From Podarcis filfolensis (taxonomy: Eukaryota), in NCBI GenBank assembly GCA_964270895.1, contig OZ185435.1: DNA of 64,000 bases. One strand, written 5' to 3'. The notes under the pieces are model-generated. The model saw only the letters and a program-made list of their open reading frames with translations, ran no database searches and was not told where the DNA came from. This document shows positions 12,989-24,869 of this stretch, in pieces (positions within the stretch are counted from its first letter, which is position 1; each line of letters opens with the position of its first letter). A program made the translations under genes and the position numbers.

Positions 12989-15900
12989 ATAGGGTCAGCA
13001 AGCAAAAGGCGATCCCAATCTAACCTCACCAACATTTTTCTCAAAGACAGAACAGTTACTCTTCCCTTGCTCACCTTTACTTTGACACATTTCTAGCGGC
13101 TGAGTGAACGCCAATCATTTAATGTCATTCTGTCAGGTTTTAAAACCCCTGAAAAATCACCTGTTTCTTCCAGACCTTCTTGTGAACCCGGAATCACAAG
13201 CGATCCTTTTATAATTTGCTTGCACATGCCCTTCCTACCCCCCAGCAACACAACCTTCCATTCTTTGTATTTGATACACATTGCGCTGGGTTTCTGTTCA
13301 ATCTGGGGGGGGGGGAATCCTTTTCAAGATGATATGGGCTTCAGCAACTGGATGATTGGTTTAGTCAACTCAAGAACACTAACAAAATGGCAGCTCAAAG
13401 TTACAATGTGAAATAGAAGATGAGCCCAACTAATTCACACACAGTCTTACACAAACATTTGGTTGTAGATGTCCAAATGTACCTAAGCAGATATATAATG
13501 TCTGAAGTGTTTCCTTAATACAGAAAGGATTTTGCTAAGTTGACTGGAATTTCTTTGTAATCAAAGAGATTGGGGTCGGGGAGGCAGAGCTCAATGGTAT
13601 AGAACATGCTTTGCATGTATAAGGTCCTAGGTTCAGTCACCAGCATCTCTAGCACGTGCTGAGAAAGACCTCTGGTCTGAGACCCTGGAGAGCTGTGGCC
13701 AGTGAGAATAGATGATACTGGACTAGATGAACCAATGTTCTGACTCAGCATGAGGCAGCTTCATGTGTCCATATATTTTTTTTCTGAAGCTTCTCATTGC
13801 AAGTAGAATCTACTTGATAGTGAGCTCCCGGAAGAAACGCCTACATGTTATGATCATATTCAACCTATTTAATGTGAAGTGAAGTTAATCTGAATTGATC
13901 TGCCACAAAGGGAACCTGGTCAGTCATGAATCAGGATATCCTCACCTAATTCATTTTTGAATGGTTTGCAAGGACATGCTAGCTTGCAAGCTGGAGACAC
14001 AATGAAACAATCACATGACATTTGCCACCAATTCAGGATGGCTTCACCACATTTAGCTGAAAGTGGTAATCTGAACAGGCTCTTTCTAAAGAAAGCTTGT
14101 GGCCTTTGGGTCAATGCAGAGTGCATTCCACTCAAGAGTAAGCAGCCATTACAAGGGAAACGGTCTACGTTACAGGGCCATTTGCTTTCTGTACAGCAAA
14201 ACACACCATCGGTTCCAAGATCCTGTCTTAGAAAGATGCCAATTCCAGGTGCTTCAAACAGAAAGACCATATCCTTCCTCCCCATTCCTCTCCCATATTA
14301 GAAATATGCTGCATGTGATAAAATGAAAGAGTGTGGGGGGATCCTTTTATTAATTCTCCTCATCAAGCCTTCAAGAGAACCATTTAACACAGTCCTAAAC
14401 AAGGTGCTTGCAAGATCTCATACGCTTGTCTCTATGCCATACAGACTTAGATGTGGTCTCTGTTTGTACCGCATGCGTTTTTCACCTGAGTAATTCAAGG
14501 CTGATTGATCCAATGGAGCCACAGATACTGGGGCTCTTGATACTGGGACAAAAGGGGCATGATCATGCGGCTGAATCTGTTCAGTTCCACTGGACTCTGA
14601 TATTCTTGTCTTGCTGCCAATATCAGACGTCGACCTGTATAATATATATTGGAAACATCAGTCATTCCAACATCAAGCACACATCAGTTGCAATCCACAA
14701 CCTACTTGCTCTGGAGCAGACCAGTCAACTACAGCTTTAGCCACAGAAGTATGGGATCGTTTTGTAAAAAGCGGGTAGAGAAAGCATTTTGCTTTTTGCT
14801 TTGATACTCGTTTACAATGGGTGCATACCAGTAGAGCTGAGTCGCTACTTCAAGCATCATTTTATAGCCTGCATCCCAAAGACATATCCCGATTTGTTAT
14901 AGCACAAATATATGTTAGAAAATAAAAATAAATAAAAAGTAGTGAGGCTACAACAAACAGCACTGGTTACTTACTGTATCCTGCCTATACTGATAATTTT
15001 CTTTAAAAAATCAAAATGTAGTAAGTTTAAAAACACAGTAATTTCAGTAAAAAAAATCCTATTTCTTTTATATAGTCTATGTAGCTCAGTGCTACATTTG
15101 TTCTGACAGTGAAGGATGAGCATGGCTGCCAGTGTTTTACAGTCCACTGATATTTTTGCACAACAGTTATGACATCACTGGCAGCCAATCAGGACAGCTC
15201 AGCTGTTTCTGTATTCTTATGCTAATGCACAGTAAAATATAACATGCCTGCTATGTTGTGGCTTTGCAAACAGGTGTTATTTTGTAGAAGCAGCACTTCA
15301 TAGACCAAGAGCCTGAGCTATGCAACTGCTACTTAGGAATGCATAGATATGAGCTAGCTGACTGTGAGAAAACAGAATTTAAAAGGCAATGTCCACAAGA
15401 TTAGAATGAATGGAAACTGTACAACAGCAGTGCCTGGAGAACTGGGCACTAAATACTAAAACATTGTTAAAACTGATTCATATTTATTAGGCGTTTAAAG
15501 TGCAGATAAGAAACTTGATGGCAACAATCTCTCTAAATGTCTTCAGAGTGCCAAAACCAATTTTATAAGGTCATCCATATATTTTGCAATGCTTACTGCT
15601 AGTCGTCTCAGAAGAGAAAAGCAAGAAGGTTTATGAATCATTTACTTCTTTTACAGAACAACCAATCTGGCATGCCTTTATGATAGAGGATTTAAATCAT
15701 GGTTTAAGATACTATTAGGTATCTGAGTGGCTTACAGCGGAACAATACCCCACATTTTTCCTTGCTTGCTTGCTTTTAAAAACAATTTGAAAAGCTAAAA
15801 TTCTGAAATGACACTACTTGATTATAGTTTCACAAATACCTATACAGTATAAGAAATGCTAGCCCTGTAATGCATCTAAGGCTTTCAATATCAGTTATAA

Positions 15901-18900
15901 AGCAATCTCCCATCTTGAGATAGAGATACAACATTTTCAGCTAAAACATAAAAACAACAGCATAGTACCTCCTAAGAGAGGTGACGGCAACAGGTCCCGT
16001 CCTAGGAGGCACAGGAGGAGGTGGAGAACCCATCACCATTTCAGGGAGTGGAGAAAATCTATAAGCCTGTTAAGAAAAAATAAATAAATATTTCCTCAAC
16101 GATCTACTGACTTTTCATAAAAAATTATACTGCATTGCATTTCTCCAAAATATGACATAAGCATGTCGGAAGAAGACTGTAATCCAAGCCTATTTCAAAG
16201 TGAACATTATTAGTGCATCCTAAAATTTCAACGCTGCAGTGTTCTTGTCTGTCTGAATTCTCCCCCAAGGAGAATTCAGCATGGGTTTTTTGTCCCACTA
16301 AAAATAAAAATATTTTTATGTTGGAATATCTCAAGGCACCTAACATTATCACAGGAAACAAAAATGTCTACAAGAAAACCATTTTATATTTTAACTTTTC
16401 TTTCCAACCTTTTTAACAGGGAATATGTTTCATGTTCCTCTAGGCTAGAACAAGCAAGTTCCTTTATTATGACAACATAAAGAATCAATTAAAAAACAAA
16501 AACAAAAAAACAAAAAACAACCACCACCACCAAAGTAAAGTAATCCTGGGGATCAGAATTTAGAGGCTATTGCATCAGTCACCCAGGATTTACAGAGTTT
16601 GACAGAAAATGGCAGACAGCAAAATTAGAGATTTTTGCCATGTTACACGCGTGTCAAAACACCTCCCTGACACTGTCACCATCAGCCTATGGCCCAAAGC
16701 ATGAGATACTAATCTTGCAGCCTTTGCACTGTGACAGAGATTGTCAAGTTAACTTGGGAATACAGCGACAGTTATCAAATCTGCTTAGCAGCTAGATTGA
16801 AATGCTGCTCTGACATCCTCTACTTTTCATTCTCCTAGAATAGCCAACATATCAAAATCATCACTGAGAACAGCATGGCATTCTAGGCACCCTAAATAGA
16901 CACCTTGACACAGGAGGTGTTGTAAGATTCAGTTAGGATGCATTCAAACACATTTCCTACTCTATCACTTAGGAGAGTTCAGAGAGAGAGAAGGTGTGTG
17001 GGCTTTCTGAGCCCATGGGCAACTTCCACCAAGAGTTAAGTAGCAGCATGAACCTGTGCATTTAATGTAAGTAGCTTTCAAATAAACCCCAAAGGAATGG
17101 ATCAAAAATAACAATTTTTTTCTGTCTCCCCATCCTAGCAGTTTTTAGTATGAAACCTGTGGGGGGGGGTTCATTCTTGCACCATAAAAGGAATAATCTG
17201 GGGACTTTATAAGCTATCCATATAGACATGCTTATTTCTATTATGAAATGTGAAATCCCTTTTTACAAAACAGTAAAGCTGTTTACACCAGGGTAAGATA
17301 CAGCAACTTTAGCTCTAGGGTCTTTTTCTTGGTTACAAAGCAAATTTCAGACTGTTCTCTATTTCACAGTAAACTCAATATTTCACAGGCCTATTTTTAA
17401 ATGGGTGTTCTGCCAATGCTTGATATGTTAAGAACTTATTATTTGTCAGGGAAGAAGCATATCTGTCTTAGATTAGCAGAAAAAAGTTGGTCTTTATATA
17501 TTGTTTTGTTACAGATCAGTTATTATTCAAGAATCCAAAACCAACCGTCTTTGGAATCGGTGCCACAAGAAAGAGGTGGTTGGAAGGCACAGAAAGTGTC
17601 CAGGCTGCATCAGGATATATTACACATATACAAGATCATTGGGAAATGTCTGCAAAGACCAACGTCTTTGCAACGTCTACAATGGCAGGCAGTGGGTAAA
17701 GTATAACTATCTAGTTGGATACGCTAAACCATGCCAAGGCAAGAGTAAATGCTTCATCTGAGTAAATACTTCAAAGGGAGAGATGAATGAGAAAGGTAGA
17801 GATTGCACCTCTAACCAAAATGGAACATGTCCTGGGGAATTTGCCAACCCACACTCTCCCCATGTCTCCCCAGTAATATGTATTTTTTAAAAAGGAAATT
17901 AAAAAAAATTATAATGGTGGAGATGTTATCAGGTTAAGCCTTCTGCTGTGATGATATCAACAGCAACCATTTTTCCCAACTACACATAACAGAGAGCTGT
18001 GAATTGGTGGTGCCCAAAATACCTTTAGCAATATGTACTTTGGGCCTTGGTAAATAAAACAGATTGGGCTGGCTAGATTCTCTGAAATCAACACAGGGAA
18101 AGGAAGGAAGCTTTAAAGTTTTTTCTTTCTTTCTTTGTGAACAACTTATTCAAGGTGTAGGTGGGCTGGAGATCACCAGCTGCTTCTGTTTAGTCACATT
18201 TTCCAGGAACAACCCCAGCAGGTTTGCTATAGCCTATCTTTATATCAATGAGGTGATTCATAATTGATTTAGCTCAGGCAGAAAAAAACTTTTTTGTTCC
18301 TATTTAACTGTTGAGAAAAGGACCGGGATTAGTCATGCGCCTGTCTCCCTTTTTAAAGTGTAGGTGACAGACAACCTAGCCCACAAGACTGGAAGCACAT
18401 AGATAACAGTTTTCGCAGTGTCTCTTGGGAACTTTCTTAAGTCTACATGACATTATGGATCCTTCTTTTCATCGCAGGTGCTTTGAATGAAGGAGGACAG
18501 CATAAATAAATAAAATCTCCTGAATCTCAAGGTGGCTCTTTAATCACAAGATCTTGTTACTCTGACGATGTAGCAGCACCAAGATGGAATATGAGATTCC
18601 TCTCCTGGATTGTCAACATATCCCAACCATAGATTCTGCCTGTCTAAACTACATAGTGTTGGTTTAGCATGAGGCATCTCCTATTTGGATATAATTTGGC
18701 AAAACATATCTGTGAATCCAATGACTTTGCCATCGGAAACACCTGGAAAGCCTTTACATTTCTCCCTTATGTTCACTTTATGGTAACCCATCGCTAACCT
18801 CATTTTTAGGAGCCAGGACAATAACAAGAAGCAATTATCTATCTAAAACTGCCAATAAAGCTCCATTCTCAACACACAGGGTGCATCTGGGCATCATGCT

Positions 18901-21900
18901 AACGCATAGTTTAGCATGGTGAGAACCAGTCAAAGTAAGACTCAGGCTAGTATGCTCCTCCCTCCCTCTCTAACACAACTTCAAGAAGTACTTCAGAAGC
19001 TTTCAAAGCAATTTTGAACTTAGCTTGTGAATATTAGCCACAGTTTGAACGCAGTTTGTTGGTTCAAACAACACAACAAGCTGTAGTTAAGCAGAAACAG
19101 TGAATGCTTCCAAACACCTCTTTGAATCTACGCCTGAGGCAAGCTGCGGCTCATTCATATAATGCTAAATTACTGTTTAGCATGATATCCACAGCAGGTC
19201 ACTAATAAATGCTGGTTTTTTTAAAGCCAACTTGCCTTTTAGGGATCTCCCACACTTCCGCTTGTCCTTCTGCTTTCCAACAGGAAGACCCGCTGCTTGC
19301 CATTGAATCAGAACAAGCATCAATCAGTTTTTCTGCAGATTGACATTTGTTCCAATTATGAGGTAAACAGCGGGTTTTCCTGGGGAAAGGAGTGGGAGAA
19401 ATGGAAAAACCACTCAGATCTGTGCCTAGAAAGCACAGGACAAGTGGAAGATCAGACCCACATGACAAGCAGATATGCGGACAAGCTCTTACTATGCTTA
19501 TTTTAAGTACAGTAAGTTAATTTCTATCTGATAAAGCCAACTTGGGTTATTCATCTCAAAACTAATCTAGAACATTTCTCTTCTCCCAGGACTTTGACTA
19601 AACGATCTATGGCCTTTTGAGGGGATATTGTTTTGTTTGTTATGTATTTTTGTGTTTTCATACTATAAACTGCCCTGTGATCCTTAGATGAAGGGAGGTA
19701 TAGAAATTTAATATGAGGAGGATGATAATGAGGATGAAAACTGAACATCATTCACACAGCCCAGCAGAATCTTCGAGCCACTACATGAAGTATGTGATGG
19801 CCAGAAGAGAAACTCCCTAAAGTCCAAATTCTGGCATTTCAACAACAGTTCTGAGTATAACACATATAAGTGGTCACTTACAGGCCTTGGCAAACTGTAC
19901 TGATACACTTCTGGTCTATAGGTAGGCACCCACTGTATTCCTCCTCTGGGTCGAGACATGGTACCAGGAGCACTGGTCACAACTTCAGAGTATGGCAACT
20001 GCTGTGTAGAACTGTAAGCATCTTGCTGCCTGCTCTGTCCTCCATGACCTGCTGAGGCCAAACTAAAGGCTTCTTCCAGTAGCATGTGCATCTGTTGTCT
20101 GACTTCATCAATGGATGGCTGGGAACTCAGAGTCGATGTCTCTGAATGGCCTTTTGCTTGATGAGCTCTGTTATAATTCCGGGGCTCATTGACACGGTCA
20201 ACATTTGTTTCTTCTATCATTTCAGGCTCAGTCTGTTGGATATAACAGAGAAAGTTGGGCAACTGTGCAAAAGGGTGGGGGGGGGGGTTAATTCAGTAAA
20301 AATCCTGTCTATGTCTAAGTCATAAGAAGTGATTATATTTGACTTTCATAAAGTGTTACATTTTCTTTATCAACCTCATTTGGCCTATCCACACCTATCC
20401 ATAATGGACAGCTACTTCAGAAACCATGAAATGATTGTCTTTACCATATGTGTTATTCAGCTGATGAATGGCTAGAGAATTGGTTGTAGAATCATGTCAT
20501 AAATGAAATCAGAGGGGCAAATAACTCCAGCTTTCCCAGTGCTTGCCTGCCTTTCTCCCTCCCTCTCTAGCTCTACTTCTAGAAATCCATTTCAGTCAGA
20601 ATGACCCCTTCCCATCACTGGTACATAAGTTATTTCTGTCCTCTCACAGCTCCTCTGCAGCTTCCTGTGTCAGCATTTGCTCTGTGAGTGAACCATTCCA
20701 TCTCCCCAGTTGTGCTAGTGTAACACGAGCACAGACTGCAAAGTTTCATAGTCCTATAAGCAAGTTCTGAACAATATATATATATATCATTTTCACTCAC
20801 GGTGTGATTTAATTTGACAACTCAGTTCAGCACTGTATTCAGTCTACTATGAGGTGCTCAATATTAGAGGATAATGTATATATTTAATAAATTATGTTAG
20901 GCAAGTTACAAACATATGGCAAACTCTCATTTGTGGGTGGGGAGGATTGAACTCAAAATACCTGTTTGCCACTTCTGTTACCTACGTGGGGAGCTGGGAG
21001 TTGCTTGCACAGAGGCTGTTGGTGGGGGAGCACTGGACTTGAAAATTACTTTATACATGTAAATAGGCTAAACATGCAAGCAGTCTTTCAGCTAGGCACA
21101 AGGATCCATTTATACTACTAAATATTAAAAGATGCTCTGCAAATAGCATCTGCCATCTGCTCCTCACGTAGGCCTAAAAACATTTTGTACTATTTGCTTG
21201 CATTAATATTTTAAATTGTAAACTGCCTTAGGAGAAAGGCAGTATATAAATGCAAGCCATAAATAAATAAAGCACACACCTCCCCTCCCCCCACAAAATT
21301 CTTTCACTTCACTTTTGTATCATGCTTCTGTTGCCAAAAGGAAAGCCAAAGGAAGCTAACAACATACCAAAACAGTCTTTTACAAAAGGGAAACAGCTAC
21401 CAGGAAAGAGTGAGTCAGAGAAAAGCTGCCTCTCTCTAGCATTTTATCAGTAATTTTTCTAAAAGCCCCCTTTTCACCTGAAGCAGTTTAATTTAAAATC
21501 AGATTTAAAATAGGCTGTCCCTTTAAATTTCTGTTGCAATGAAGCACACTAGAGCGTAGCAAGCCATAATCCCAGTTACACAGCAAATTACGATTTATTT
21601 GTTCTGACAGGCAGTGTCAAAACATGGACAATTCCATCACAAACGTACTCTTGAGAATATTTTTTGATGTTTCACAGTTTCCCTCACCTTGGCAAAGGAG
21701 CACATTATATTTCAGTGGATAGATAGGGTATTTATTACATCATGAGCATTACAATCCTTGATTTCTATATTTGTGATCTGGCAGATAGCGTATTCATTCA
21801 GCAGGGGCTGCTTTTATTCAGTCCCTAACATAGAATTTGCCCCTTTCTTTTCTTGCAACCGCTGCACTGTAGGCCACCGTTGAAAAGGCCAAGACCAGGG

Positions 21901-24826
21901 ATCACCAAGCATGCACACACAGTGGCAGGATCTGTACGGTCCCCTGGATCCCTCCCCCACCATTGAAATTAGGTTTGAAAGAAGCATTGTATTGCAGCCA
22001 ACAGAATACACTGTAGTGTGGGCTTGACTGTGATGCAGCCTAGTGTTAATTCACAAAGCCCTAAACAACTTGGGTGCAAAGGACCTTAAGGACCATCAGA
22101 TTCCTTATGCTTTGCTTCAGCTGCTGAGCTCTTCTGATGGGGCACTTTTGGTGGACATCTTTTCCCAAGACTGTTTTTGTCACCGTAAGTGCTAGAAAGT
22201 GGTTTAAATAACGAAAGAAAGCTGAGGCTTTTAGGATCCAGATGCCTGTTCTAAGCTTGGTTGATATGGCATGACTGCAGAATTGTATCATATCAGCAGA
22301 ATCAATAAAATATCGTGTATGAATTTGGGTTTCCTTTTCCCTTTTTGTTATTTACCTTTATACTAACAAAATGTGCGGAAGGTTCGACAAGACTGTAAGG
22401 AGCAGCCTTGTATTGTCAGATCAACAATCTACTTAGATTGTAAGCACCTTGAGCTTTTGGGAAAGGGCATGTGCCTGAGTGAATGTTTAAAATGAACGAA
22501 CTGCTGTTATTCAAGCTTGACTTCAGGAACTGCCTTTCCCATGCCTTCTACTGAAGTGAATATATGATTTTAAAAAAACCCTGAAACCTGAAGACCAAAA
22601 AATGCATAAAATCAGCTCTAGCCATTGCTAAAAAGGAAACAGCTATTAACAGTGCTTTTTTATGGGGGGGACGCATACCCCTAAACATTTTGTGAATATA
22701 AGTTTGGCCTCATTGAGGGGCAGTATTTTAATGAGAGTAGGAAAATGAGAGTACCCCTAATTTAAAAAAAAAATATTTAAAAAGCACTGGCTATTAAGCA
22801 CTTTCACACTAGGTAGATTGTTTTGCTAGGACTGTTCTAATGTTTGCTACGCTTCCAAGGCAGCTTGTGGTGAATGAATTTTGCATGCACGTACATCATA
22901 TCCACTGTTGCGGATACCACGCCTTTGTCTCTCTCGTGTAACAAGTAGATCCATTTCAGTTTCTCCTGGACTTGGACTGTTCAAAGACTGCCTGCTTCGG
23001 TAAACAGAGTTCTTCATTTGTTGCCTGCAGAAGAATAAAGTATTTAAATGAGGCCAGTGTTGTTGTTGTTGCCTACAACAATTTATTACCTGCCCTTCAC
23101 CCCAATGTCCCAAGGCGGGTTGCAATAATTGAAACATGAGACTAAGAACACTTTAAAACAACTTAAAATTACAGAAATAAGGCATGTCCTAAAAATATAC
23201 ACATCAGGTGTTAAAAGCCAGAGTAAAGAGGTACATCTTCCGTAGTAGGATGTCGCTTCAGTCTTTATGCTCTGAGTTCTGAAAAAAATATTCTAAATCA
23301 TCAATTCCCACTCATCTCCAAGCTAAGTGGCTACACAGATACACATTGGCAGTCATCAAGTCAAATTATATATTGATTGCTTCAATGAAGACCAAAGATT
23401 GAAACACTTGGAAACAAACAACTAGAATTTATTAGACAATGTACTCCAAACAAATACTGAAATGCTTCTTCTTTGTGAAGATTTGTGTATAACTCTGCAA
23501 TTTCAAACTGATGTAACTACACACCAGTTATTTCTTTATTCATTTCCATATCAATAATAACCTGCAATAATGATGGACTTGCCCGATGCGCTTGAAAATC
23601 ATCCAATGCATATTCATACTGTCTCACATACGTTAGCAAACCATTCAGCTAAGTGCCAACCTTTTTCAGTACAGTATTCCAAACCCTTAGCAACTGCATT
23701 GTTGGACTGAAGCTTGATCACCCAAACACAGGGACTAACACATGATCACGGCATGTGAATGAAAAAAAACTGATGTGCAAAATTAGCATACAAAAGGACA
23801 AAAAGGGTAACTGGGTGGTGGCTTTTCCTCAAGCAATCTGCCTGCCAGAGACTCGTGGATAGTTCATGTCACACTCAAACTGATTCCTTGCTAGCACACT
23901 GTAAGCATTTCAAAATCCTCTATAGAGTCAACCTTCTTAAAAACTGCTATGTTTGTTTTAAGAAATAGCATTCAAGAAACAATACACTTCTAATAACACA
24001 GTTCATGACACAGTTCATACTAGCCTTAATCAACCTAGTGTCCCCCAACTGTTTTGGATTACAACTCCCATCAGCCCCAGATCGAGCACAAAAGAACCAG
24101 TCCTAAATTTCCCATATCTTGTTATCTCCAGTGCTTTTTTTCTGTGGGGACGAAGGGGTAGGCATAGCCCTAAACATTTCGTGAATCTAAGTTTTGCCTC
24201 ATTGAGTTGCAGTATTTCAATATGAGTAGGAAAATGAGAGTACCCCTAAACATTTTTTTTAGAAAAAAAGGCACTGGTTATCACTATACCGTCAGTACAC
24301 ATAGTCCATAAAGAACATCAATAAGTAGCATCATTTAATCTGAAGCTCTCCAGTTATTTCTAAGGAAATCAAGCAATTGTCCCACAGCTATGACAGAGCT
24401 CTATGCTGTGGAAACGGATGATGGATGCAGGAAAGGTGCCCATTTTTCTCTGTGACACAAATTTGACAATAAACCAGACTAACAATGAACATCTATCAGA
24501 TGACTCACTGGGGGCAGAAAATAAGCAAGACAGAAGCTAAGATAAAAGTGGGAGGCAGAGTTTCTGACCTACTTCATAGCTGAACAGCAGGTCTGAAGGC
24601 CAGAGTGGGGCATCTACATAGACCATGAGTGCAAATTATAACGCTGGTGGGTCTTGAAGGCTCTAGAACAGGCACCCCCAAACTTGGCCCTCCAGATGTT
24701 TTGGGACTACAACTCCCATCACACCTAGCTAATAGGACCAGTGGTCAGGGATGATGGGAACTGTAGTTTCCTAATGCCTTTTGGGGGGCCTTTACTTTTC
24801 CCTGCTCTAGTGCATGAACAAAACAC

Positions 24827-24869
<43 letters not shown>

